Of a stretch of DNA of 64,000 bases, positions 50,408-59,069 are shown piece by piece. A program made the translations under genes and the position numbers. Each line of letters opens with the position of its first letter. Positions within the stretch are counted from its first letter, which is position 1. The notes beneath the pieces are model-generated. The model ran no database searches and was not told where the DNA came from. It was given only the letters and a program-made list of their open reading frames with translations. Source of the DNA: an uncultured Solirubrobacterales bacterium (GTDB lineage: Bacteria; Actinomycetota; Thermoleophilia; Solirubrobacterales; Solirubrobacteraceae); NCBI GenBank assembly GCA_963777335.1, contig CAVZQD010000007.1, positions 118,670 to 182,669 of the forward strand, in the 5' to 3' direction.

Positions 50408-53008
50408 GTGAGCGCGACCGGCGGCATCGCGAACGTAGGCCGAGACTCGAGGCTGCATTCGCTGCTGGCCCGCGTCGTGCGGTCTCGTCCGTACCGGATG
50501 TCCTCGGGGCAGGCCGCGATATGGGCTCTCAGCGGCGCGATGATCGCGACCGCCACGGTCCTGTTCAGAGCCGGCGCAGGGAATGTGGCGCCGATCGTCT
50601 CGTCGGCCCACGTGCCGTTCTGGGCGCTGGTGATCGCGTTCGCCGCCGCTGAGCGATTCGTGGTCCATGTCCACTTCCGTCGCAGCGCGCACTCGATGTC
50701 GCTGGGCGAGATCCCGTTCGTGTTCGCGCTGGTATTCGCCGGTGGACAGCCGGCGATCCTGGCAGGCGCGATCGGCCGGATTCTGGTCCTCGCGCTGCAC
50801 CGGAAGCTGCCCGTGATCCGGCTCGCGTTCAACCTCGGGGTGTTCCTCCTCGGTAACTGCATCGCCGTGCTCGTTTTCCACGCGGTCGCCGGCGCATCGA
50901 CCGAGATCACTCCGAGCGTCTGGACGGCCACGATCCTCGCGACCGTCGCCAACTCGCTGACGGCAGTCCTGTTCATCAGCGCCGCCGTGTCCTTGTCCGA
51001 GGGTCAGCTTGGCATCCGCCAGGTGGGTCGATCACTCCGCACCGACCTTGCGGTCGTCGTGGCCAACACGAGCGTGGGCCTGAGCGTGGCGACGATCGCC
51101 TACAAGGATTGGAAGAACGCGATCCTGATCGCGATCCCGATCGCGGGAATGTTCATCAGCTTCCGGGCCTACATCGCCGAGCGGCAGCGCCACCAGCGCG
51201 TGGAGTTCCTCTACCAGGCCGCGCGAGCGTTGTCTCGCTCGTCCGAGATCGGGCCTGCGCTCGAGGGGCTGCTGGTCGAGGCGCTCGATGCCTTCCGGGC
51301 GGAAGTCGCCGAGATCGTCTTCTTCTCGCCGGACGGCAGCGACGCACTGCGCACTATGGTGCGAGCGGACGGCACCGCAGCGGTTCTGGAGAGCGTCGAT
51401 GAGACGATCGGCGCGCATTTCCGGTCGCTGATCGAGGGCCACGAGGCCGGAGCCTGTGCCGTGGCGGACATCACGGACGAGCTCCTCGCCGAGTACCTGA
51501 CCGCACGGGAGCTCGGCGACGGGATGCTCGCGGTGCTGAAGGGGGAGCGCAGCCTGATCGGAGCGATCATGATCGGCAACCCGTCCGGCGTCGTAGACCA
51601 CTTCTGTGCCGACGACGTCAGGCTGCTCGAGACGCTTGCCAACAACACCAGCGTCGCGCTCGAGAACGACCGGCTCGGCCAGACCGTGTGGCGCTTGAAG
51701 GAGCTACAAGGCAAGCTGCAGTACCAGGCGACGCACGACTCGCTCACCGACCTGGCCAACCGAACGCTCTTCGTTGAGCGGGTCGCAGACGCGCTCGGCA
51801 GCGGCCGCGGGGCCGTGTCGGTGATCTTCATCGACATCAACGACTTCAAGACCGTGAACGACAGCCTCGGGCATGCCGCCGGCGACGACTTGCTGGTTGT
51901 CGTCGCTCGCCGGCTGCGCGACTGTGTTCGTCCGTCCGACACGGTGGCGCGGCTCGGCGGCGACGAGTTCGCGATCATGCTCGACCGTCCGGACGCCGAA
52001 CAAGAGGCGATCGAAGTGGCGGAACGGATCGATGGCCATCTCGCGGAGCGATTCGCGATCAACGGCCAGAGCATGTCGGTCCATGCGAGCGCGGGTATCG
52101 CGACCGGCGACGCGACGCAGGTCAGCGCCGAGGAGCTGATCCGCAACGCCGACCTGGCGATGTATCGCGCCAAATACGACAGCAAGCACCGCTACGAGCT
52201 GTTCGAAGCCGGGATGGAGGTGCCGGTGCAGCGGCGACACCGGCTCAAGGTGCGGCTGCGCGACGCGGTCCGGGACGACTCGTTCGTCGTCCATTACCAG
52301 CCGATCGTGGAGCTGGAAACCGGGCGCGTCGCCGCCTGCGAGGCGCTTGTTCGTTGGCCGGACGGCCCGCGCGGCTGCGTCACGCCCTCTTCGTTCATCC
52401 CGCTCGCCGAGGAGACGGGAGCGATCGTGCCGATCGGGCGCTCGGTGCTGCAAAGGGCCTGCCGCGACGCGGCTGCGTGGCGCCTCAACGGTGGCGCTGA
52501 GCCGGCGATACACGTGAACGTCTCGCCGGTCGAGCTGCGCGAGCCCAAGTTCGTGTCCGGGGTGGCAGCCGCGCTTCACCGCAGCGGTCTCGACCCTGAC
52601 CGGCTCGTGCTCGAGATCACCGAGGGCGTCATGCTCCACGACCCCGAGAGCAGCATCGCCATCCTGGACGAACTCCGTGGCCTCGGCGTGCAGCTGGCGC
52701 TCGACGACTTCGGCACCGGGTACTCGTCGCTCTGCCATCTCCGATCGCTTCCGATCGATTGGCTGAAGATCGGGATGCCGTTCATGGACAACCTCGAGCC
52801 GGGCGGCTCGGATCGGGCGTTCATGCGAATGGTCCTCGACCTCGCGGCCAACCTGGAGCTCGGCGTCGTGGCCGAGGGCATCGAGTCCGCCGGCCAGCTC
52901 GCGTCGCTTCGCGAGCTTGGGTGTGAGTTGGGTCAGGGCTTCTATCTCGGCCCGCCGATGACGCGGGGTCCAGACGAGGTTGCGCCGCAATGCATGGCCA
53001 TGCGCTAG
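50408..53008 (+). CDS. Multi-TM + GAF-like + GGDEF + EAL protein
   Basis: About 7 TM; HDSLTDLANR, RPSD I-site, GGDEF, EAL, DDFGTGYSS; alternative ATG at 50498. Confidence 0.92.
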   Translation: MSATGGIANVGRDSRLHSLLARVVRSRPYRMSSGQAAIWALSGAMIATATVLFRAGAGNVAPIVSSAHVPFWALVIAFAAAERFVVHVHFRRSAHSMSLGEIPFVFALVFAGGQPAILAGAIGRILVLALHRKLPVIRLAFNLGVFLLGNCIAVLVFHAVAGASTEITPSVWTATILATVANSLTAVLFISAAVSLSEGQLGIRQVGRSLRTDLAVVVANTSVGLSVATIAYKDWKNAILIAIPIAGMFISFRAYIAERQRHQRVEFLYQAARALSRSSEIGPALEGLLVEALDAFRAEVAEIVFFSPDGSDALRTMVRADGTAAVLESVDETIGAHFRSLIEGHEAGACAVADITDELLAEYLTARELGDGMLAVLKGERSLIGAIMIGNPSGVVDHFCADDVRLLETLANNTSVALENDRLGQTVWRLKELQGKLQYQATHDSLTDLANRTLFVERVADALGSGRGAVSVIFIDINDFKTVNDSLGHAAGDDLLVVVARRLRDCVRPSDTVARLGGDEFAIMLDRPDAEQEAIEVAERIDGHLAERFAINGQSMSVHASAGIATGDATQVSAEELIRNADLAMYRAKYDSKHRYELFEAGMEVPVQRRHRLKVRLRDAVRDDSFVVHYQPIVELETGRVAACEALVRWPDGPRGCVTPSSFIPLAEETGAIVPIGRSVLQRACRDAAAWRLNGGAEPAIHVNVSPVELREPKFVSGVAAALHRSGLDPDRLVLEITEGVMLHDPESSIAILDELRGLGVQLALDDFGTGYSSLCHLRSLPIDWLKIGMPFMDNLEPGGSDRAFMRMVLDLAANLELGVVAEGIESAGQLASLRELGCELGQGFYLGPPMTRGPDEVAPQCMAMR

Positions 53009-53538
53009 CCGCCCTCGTTCTCCTCGCGTTCTGCGGCCTCTTGCGACCGCTGGGCTGGCGAGCTCGCGCGCTCGTTCGCAACGCAAGTTCGGCGTCTGGC
53101 GGCGTCAAGCTGCCGCCGGGTGCCTCGCCCGATCCGGGTCCGCGGCCGCCAACGCGCCTCAACGCGATCGAGCTCGCCCTGATCGCGGAACACAGCCGTG
53201 AGATGGCCCGCGCGAACGAGGCGATGGCGAACGACACAGGTCAGCGGCTCGAGACGCGTCGAACGGCGTCGGAGCTGGCGGCCGGTTGGCGCCGTCGGGC
53301 GCATCTGTTTCAGATGCAGGCACAGCGCGAGAGCGCGCAGCCGATTGTCCCCGGTGAGCACCCGGTTTGCGCCCGACCTCAGGCGTACGTCGATCCCGAG
53401 CGCCGACAGCACAGGCGCCGGTCGCAAACGCGCCGAACCGATACGGCGTCCGTGGATGCCGGCCACGACCGAGACCGGCGGGCCGGGCCCGAGCGCCGCC
53501 GGCACGATCGACGGCGTCCTCTTCGCGTGCCGCGGTAG
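52990..53538 (+). CDS. Hypothetical protein with ERR/DRR Arg-rich tail (start uncertain)
   Basis: Helical segment then YVDPERR, DRRAGPERRRHDRR. Confidence 0.5.
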   Translation: MHGHALAALVLLAFCGLLRPLGWRARALVRNASSASGGVKLPPGASPDPGPRPPTRLNAIELALIAEHSREMARANEAMANDTGQRLETRRTASELAAGWRRRAHLFQMQAQRESAQPIVPGEHPVCARPQAYVDPERRQHRRRSQTRRTDTASVDAGHDRDRRAGPERRRHDRRRPLRVPR

Positions 53539-53609
53539 TCTCCGCCTAGCCGTCCGGGAGCTGACAGATTGGCCCGCGCGGCCACCTGATGAGCTTCGAA
53601 AGGACTGAC

Positions 53610-54935
53610 ATGGGCGTGCAGGAGCAGCAGCAGCTGTGGGGCGGCGAGACCACCAAGGCGGTGGACAACTTCCCCGTTTCGGGCGAGCGTATTCCGGTCC
53701 CGGTCATCCGCTGGCTCGGGCGGATCAAGGGCGCGTCCGCGCGCGTCAACGCCGAGCTCGGCCTGCTCGACAACGACAAGGCGAACCGGATCGCCGCCGC
53801 CGCTGACCGCGTCGCCGAGGGCGAGTTCGACGACCAATTCCCGATCGACGTATTCCAGACCGGGTCGGGGACCTCGTCGAACATGAACGCCAACGAGGTG
53901 ATCGCCGCGCTCGCCGGCGAGGACGTCCACCGCAACGACGACGTGAACATGGGTCAGTCGTCCAATGACGTGTTCCCCTCGGCCGTCCATCTCGCCGCCC
54001 TCGACACCGCCACCAACCAGCTGCTGCCGGTGCTCGAGCAGCTCGAGGCATCGCTCCAGGCCAAGGCGGGCGAGTTCAAAGACATGGTCAAGTCCGGGCG
54101 CACCCACCTGATGGACGCGGTGCCGGTCACGCTGGGCCAGGAGTTCTCGGGCTACGCCGCCCAGATCCGTCTGGGTCGCGAGCGGATCTCAAATGCCCTG
54201 CCCCACGTGGCGCAGGTCCCGCTCGGCGGCACCGCCACCGGCACCGGCCTCAACACCCACAGGGAGTTCGCCGCCCGCGTGCGCGCGCGCCTGACCGAGG
54301 CGACCGGGCTCGAGATCCGAGCGCCCGAGGACCCGTTCGAGGCGCAGGGCAATCGCGACGCACTGGTCGAGCTCTCAGGCGCGCTCAAGGTGCTGGCTGT
54401 GTCGCTCACCAAGATCGCCAACGACCTGGCCTGGATGGGATCAGGGCCGCGAACGGCGATCGGCGAGATCTTCCTGCCCGAGCTCCAGAAGGGCTCCTCG
54501 ATCATGCCCGGCAAGGTCAACCCGGTGATCCCGGAGGTCGTGCTCCAGATCTCGGCCCAGGTGATCGGCAACGACACGGCGGTCACGGTGGCCGGCACCC
54601 AGGGGAACTTCGAGCTGAACGTACGGGTGCCGCTGATCGCCCGCAACCTGCTCGATCAGATCAGGTTGCTGACCAGCGGCTGCCGGATCTTCGCCGAGAA
54701 GTGCATCGACGGGATCGAGGCCAACGACGAGGGCTTGCGCCGCTCGGCCGAGATGACGCTCTCAGCCGCCACCGCGCTCAACCCCCACATCGGCTACGAC
54801 AAGGGTGCCGAGATCGTCAAGCAGGCCTCAGAGTCCGGGCGGCCGTTGCGCGACGTCGCGCTCGAGCTCGGCGTCGACGAGGAGACCTACGACAAGGCGA
54901 TGGACCTGCGCGAGATGGCGCGCGGCAACACCTGA
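53610..54935 (+). CDS. fumC: Class II fumarate hydratase
   Basis: FQTGSGTSSNMN, SGRTHLMDA, GSSIMPGKVNP; AAAGGA RBS. Confidence 0.93.
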   Translation: MGVQEQQQLWGGETTKAVDNFPVSGERIPVPVIRWLGRIKGASARVNAELGLLDNDKANRIAAAADRVAEGEFDDQFPIDVFQTGSGTSSNMNANEVIAALAGEDVHRNDDVNMGQSSNDVFPSAVHLAALDTATNQLLPVLEQLEASLQAKAGEFKDMVKSGRTHLMDAVPVTLGQEFSGYAAQIRLGRERISNALPHVAQVPLGGTATGTGLNTHREFAARVRARLTEATGLEIRAPEDPFEAQGNRDALVELSGALKVLAVSLTKIANDLAWMGSGPRTAIGEIFLPELQKGSSIMPGKVNPVIPEVVLQISAQVIGNDTAVTVAGTQGNFELNVRVPLIARNLLDQIRLLTSGCRIFAEKCIDGIEANDEGLRRSAEMTLSAATALNPHIGYDKGAEIVKQASESGRPLRDVALELGVDEETYDKAMDLREMARGNT

Positions 54936-54959
54936 CGCCTCGCCGCAAACCCGCCTGCG

Positions 54960-54981
54960 CCGGGTCAGGATTCTGACTCGG
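54960..54981 (+). terminator. Possible intrinsic hairpin after fumC
   Basis: CCGGGTCAG-GATT-CTGACTCGG; no U tract. Confidence 0.35.
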
Positions 54982-55062
54982 AATCGCCCGCGAACCGGGG
55001 AGACGCGAGCGTGCGCGTGAATAGAATGCGCGCCGTCGATTCACCACTAAGCGGGAGGGGTT

Positions 55063-56421
55063 TTGCTCAAGAGGGCTTTACTGGCTCTGCTCGGAGCCGT
55101 CATCACCATGGCGCTCGCGGCCACGGCCGCGTCCGCCGAGCCGTTTCACATCCTGGCCGGCGGCCGCACTGCGCAGCCGCCGCCGCTCGCATTCTGCGAG
55201 GCCAACTACGGGATCGCGTGCTACGGCGCGCCGCAGATCGAACAGGCGTACGACATGAAGCCGCTATACCGCGCCGGGCTGACGGGCGCGGGCAAGACGA
55301 TCATCATCGTCGACTCGTTCGGATCGCCCACGATCCAGAGTGACCTGCAGACGTTCGACCAGGCGTACAACCTGCCGGCGCCGCCGCACTTCGACATCAT
55401 CACGCCGGACGGGCCGGTCACCCAGGACGAGAACGACCCGACCGGCACGACCCAGGGCTGGGGCGAGGAGACCACGCTCGACGTCGAGTATTCGCACACG
55501 ATGGCGCCGGGTGCGAACATCGTCCTGGTCGAGACGCCGGTGGCCGAGACCGAGGGCATCGTCGGGATCCCGGAGATCGTCGACGCCGAGAACTACGTGA
55601 TCAACCACCACCTCGGCGACGTCATCTCGCAGAGCTTCGGGGCGACCGAGCAGACCTTCACGAGCCCGCAGCAGCTCCTCGGCCAGCGCTCCGCTTACTT
55701 GAACGCGCTGGCGCACAACGTCTCGGTGCTCGCCTCGACAGGTGACACCGGGGCCGCCAACTACGAGTTCGACGGGTCCGATCTGTACCCGTTCCCGGCG
55801 ATCGGCTGGCCCGCGAGCGACCCGCTCGTCACCGCGGTCGGCGGGCTCCAGCTCCACCTCGACGACAACGGTTTCCGGACCCAGCCCGACAACGTCTGGA
55901 ACGACCCGGCGTCGGTCTGCAGCCAGCCGTGCGCCGGCAGCGGCGGTCTGTCGTCGGTGTTCGGCCGGCCGTTCTACCAGGACCGCGTGCGGTACGTCGT
56001 GGATGGCCGGCGCGGGATTCCCGACGTCAGCCTGAATGCGGCGGTCTCGTCGGCGGTGAACATCTACCTGAGCTTCCTCCCCAACACCCCGGGCTTCTGG
56101 ACGCCGATCGCCGGCACGAGCGAGGCCTCGCCGCTGCTCTCGGGAATCGTGGCCGTCGCCGACCAGGCGGCCCGCCACGACCTGGGGCTGCTCAACCCGC
56201 GGCTGTACCGGCTCGGTGACCGATTCCTGTCGCCGATCCGCGACATCACGCTGGGCAACAACACCGTGACATGGGTGCAGCCGAGCACCGGGCAGACGAT
56301 CACGGTGCAGGGCTACAACGCCACGCGGGGCTACGACCTCGCCAGTGGCCTCGGCGAGCCGGACGGTGCGGGACTCGTGCTCGCGCTCGCCGGTTTCCGG
56401 CAGGACCACCTCCGCCGCTAG
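55063..56421 (+). CDS. Secreted S53 (sedolisin-like) peptidase
   Basis: Signal peptide; ETTLDVE, STGD, PDVS, GTSEASP, YDLASGLG. Confidence 0.88.
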   Translation: MLKRALLALLGAVITMALAATAASAEPFHILAGGRTAQPPPLAFCEANYGIACYGAPQIEQAYDMKPLYRAGLTGAGKTIIIVDSFGSPTIQSDLQTFDQAYNLPAPPHFDIITPDGPVTQDENDPTGTTQGWGEETTLDVEYSHTMAPGANIVLVETPVAETEGIVGIPEIVDAENYVINHHLGDVISQSFGATEQTFTSPQQLLGQRSAYLNALAHNVSVLASTGDTGAANYEFDGSDLYPFPAIGWPASDPLVTAVGGLQLHLDDNGFRTQPDNVWNDPASVCSQPCAGSGGLSSVFGRPFYQDRVRYVVDGRRGIPDVSLNAAVSSAVNIYLSFLPNTPGFWTPIAGTSEASPLLSGIVAVADQAARHDLGLLNPRLYRLGDRFLSPIRDITLGNNTVTWVQPSTGQTITVQGYNATRGYDLASGLGEPDGAGLVLALAGFRQDHLRR

Positions 56422-56522
56422 CGGCAGCCATTCTGCGCTCACCCGGCCGCGCAGGCCGGGTGAGCGCCGGCGGCCGCCGTTCGTGTTAGACGGCCGCGGC
56501 GACGGTCCCGGGGGCGAGTTCC

Positions 56523-57533
56523 TCACAGCGGCAGCGTTCGCGGCAGGCCGAAGCTGGCGAGCAGCGCGGCTCCCCCGAAGCGGGTGAGCTGAGCGATCCG
56601 GTCGCCCTCGAGCGTCATCACGATCACGCCCACCCCCCGGACGACGGGCGCGCTGGCGTCGCCGACGTAGTGCCCGAACGCGGGCTGCCCGTTCGCGCGC
56701 GTGGGCACGAGCCGGTCGAAGCGGTCGCGTGGGCGGGCTCCGAACGCCTGCGTGAAGAACTCGGCGATCGCCGCTGGGCCCTGATACTCGAACGGCTCGG
56801 GAGGCATCGTCACCCACGCTTCATCGGTCAGCAGCGCGACGACCTGCTCGACCCGGCCGTTCTGGAACGCGTCCGCGAACTGCCCGACGAGCTCGCGCTC
56901 GATCGCCGAGCGCGGTAGCGGCGCCCGCTCGCGGCTGGGTGGCACCTGGGCCTCGAGCGTCGCCCGCGCTCGTTGCAGGGCGCTGTTGACCGAGGTCTCG
57001 GTCGTGTCGAGCATGGTCGCGACCTCGCCGGCGCGGTATCCGAGCACGTCTCTGAGCACGAGCACCGCGCGCTGCCGGGGCGGGAGGCGCTGGAGCCCGG
57101 TCACGAACGCCAGCGCGACCGACTCGCGCGCCTCGTAACGGGCATCGGGGCCGGGGGCGGCGTCGGGCACCCCCTCGAGCAACGCATCCGGATAGGGCTC
57201 GAGCCACGGCACTTCGCCGTATCGCGTCGGGTCGGGCGGCTCGAACGACAGCGGTCGCTGCTCCTGCGGGCGGCGCGAGCCGGCGCGAAGCACGTTGAGG
57301 CACCGGTTCGTCGCGATCGTGTACAGCCACGACCGCAACGAGGAGCGCTCCTCGAAGCCGTCAAGTCCGCGCCAGGCCGCCAACAGCGTCTCCTGAAGGG
57401 CGTCCTCGGCGTCCTGAACCGAGCCGAGGATCCGGTAGCAGTGAACCTGCAGCTCCCGGCGGTGGACGTCGGTCAGCTCGCGGAACGCCTGTTCGTCGCC
57501 GGCGCGGGCCCGGGTCAACGCGCTGGTGGTCAC
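56523..57533 (-). CDS. SigG/ECF56-type sigma factor with SnoaL-like extension
   Basis: HCYRILGS..DAED, WLYTIATN, WLEPYPD, TMPP, ANGQPA. Confidence 0.9.
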   Translation of the reverse strand: MTTSALTRARAGDEQAFRELTDVHRRELQVHCYRILGSVQDAEDALQETLLAAWRGLDGFEERSSLRSWLYTIATNRCLNVLRAGSRRPQEQRPLSFEPPDPTRYGEVPWLEPYPDALLEGVPDAAPGPDARYEARESVALAFVTGLQRLPPRQRAVLVLRDVLGYRAGEVATMLDTTETSVNSALQRARATLEAQVPPSRERAPLPRSAIERELVGQFADAFQNGRVEQVVALLTDEAWVTMPPEPFEYQGPAAIAEFFTQAFGARPRDRFDRLVPTRANGQPAFGHYVGDASAPVVRGVGVIVMTLEGDRIAQLTRFGGAALLASFGLPRTLPL

Positions 57534-57563
57534 GGTCGCATCCTCGCACGGGGCATCACCGCT

Positions 57564-57624
57564 TCACGACACCGGCGGTCTTCGAAATTCATCGGTCAAT
57601 TTGCGCGCGCGGCGGGGGTCTCAA
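57564..57624. promoter_or_regulatory. Overlapping divergent SigG-type promoters
   Basis: Minus strand CGATGA-N18-GTCGTGA (57594-57564); plus strand CGGTCA-N19-GTCTCAA (57593-57624). Confidence 0.6.
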
Positions 57625-57659
57625 CGTGCGAGACCGGAATCGACTCTCAGGAGGGACAG

Positions 57660-59069
57660 ATGCGCAAGAGACCAGGCTGGGTGCTGGCGGTGGCTTCCAT
57701 AGCGTCGCTGATGGTGGCGCTCGACGCGCTCGTGGTGACGACCGCGCTCCCGACGATCCGGGTGCACCTCGGTGCGTCGATCGAGCAACTCGAGTGGACC
57801 GTGAACGCGTACACGCTGAGCTTCGCGGTCCTGCTGACGGGAGCGGCGGCACTCGGCGACCGGTTCGGCCGCCGGCGGCTGTTCGCGGCCGGGCTGGGGT
57901 TGTTCTCGCTCGCTTCGGCCGCCTGCGCGCTCGCGCCGAGCGTCGGCGCGCTGATCGCCGCGCGGGCGATCCAGGGCGCGGGCGCGGCGCTCGTCATGCC
58001 GCTCGGGCTGACGCTGCTGACCGCGGCGTACTCGGCCGAGCGGAGGGCGCGCGCCCTCGGGATCTTCAGCGGCATCACCGGGCTGGCCGTGCTCGGCGGC
58101 CCGGTCATCGGGGGGGCGATCACGCAGGGAATCGCCTGGCAGTGGATCTTCTGGATCAACGTCCCGATCGGCCTGTTGACGATTCCGGTCGTGCTCCGGC
58201 GCGTCGAAGAGAGCTACGGCCCGCGCACCGCTCCCGACATCGCCGGCCTGGCGCTCGTCACCGGCGCGGCGCTCGGGCTCGTGTGGGCGCTGGTGCGCGG
58301 CAACTCGGCCGGCTGGGGCAGCGTGGAGGTGATCGCGGCGTTCGCGGTCGGCGCGCTGCTCGCGGTGTCGTTCGTGGTATGGGAGCGGCGGACGCCCGAG
58401 CCGATGCTGCCGCTGGGGCTGTTCGCCTCGCGCCCGTTCTCGTCGGGCAACGCGGCGATGTTCTTCCTGTGCACCGCGCTGTACGGAGCCGTGTTCTTCA
58501 TGGCGCAGTTCCTCCAGACCGTCCAGCACCATGGTCCGCTCGACTCCGGCGTCCGGCTGCTGCCGTGGACCGCGACGCTGTTCATCGTCGCTCCGATCAC
58601 GGGCGCGCGGATCTCGCGCATTGGCGAGCGCCCGTTCGCGGTTGCCGGGCTGCTGCTCCAGGCGGCCGGGATGGGGTGGATCGCGCTGATCGCGAGCCCA
58701 GAGATCGCGTACTGGCGCCTGGTGGCGCCGCTCGCGATCGCCGGCTGCGGCGTGTCGATGGCGATGCCCGCGATCCAGAGCGCGGTCATGGGCTCGGTGG
58801 CGCCGGCCAGCATCGGCAAGGCCTCGGGGACGTTCAACATGCTGCGCCAGTTAGGCGGGGTGTTCGGGATCGCGACGCTGGTCGCGGTGTTCACCGGCGC
58901 CGGCAGCTACGGCTCGCCGCAGCTGTTCAGCGACGGGTTCACCGCGGCGATCGGCGTCGCCGCGGGGCTGTCGCTGCTCGGGGCGGTCGCGAGCGTCGGC
59001 CTGCCCCAGCGTCAGGTCGCGACGGTCTCGGCGCCGAGGGTCTCGGAGATCGCGACGTCGAGCGAGTAG
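57660..59069 (+). CDS. DHA2 (EmrB/QacA) MFS efflux transporter
   Basis: ALPTI, WTVNAYTL, LGDRFGRRR, WQWIFWINVPIG. Confidence 0.92.
   Translation: MRKRPGWVLAVASIASLMVALDALVVTTALPTIRVHLGASIEQLEWTVNAYTLSFAVLLTGAAALGDRFGRRRLFAAGLGLFSLASAACALAPSVGALIAARAIQGAGAALVMPLGLTLLTAAYSAERRARALGIFSGITGLAVLGGPVIGGAITQGIAWQWIFWINVPIGLLTIPVVLRRVEESYGPRTAPDIAGLALVTGAALGLVWALVRGNSAGWGSVEVIAAFAVGALLAVSFVVWERRTPEPMLPLGLFASRPFSSGNAAMFFLCTALYGAVFFMAQFLQTVQHHGPLDSGVRLLPWTATLFIVAPITGARISRIGERPFAVAGLLLQAAGMGWIALIASPEIAYWRLVAPLAIAGCGVSMAMPAIQSAVMGSVAPASIGKASGTFNMLRQLGGVFGIATLVAVFTGAGSYGSPQLFSDGFTAAIGVAAGLSLLGAVASVGLPQRQVATVSAPRVSEIATSSE

Noticed and set aside
59012-59069. 58-bp convergent overlap of the MFS and ThDP enzyme genes
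   Set aside because: Common in GC-rich genomes with rare stop codons; no sign of function.
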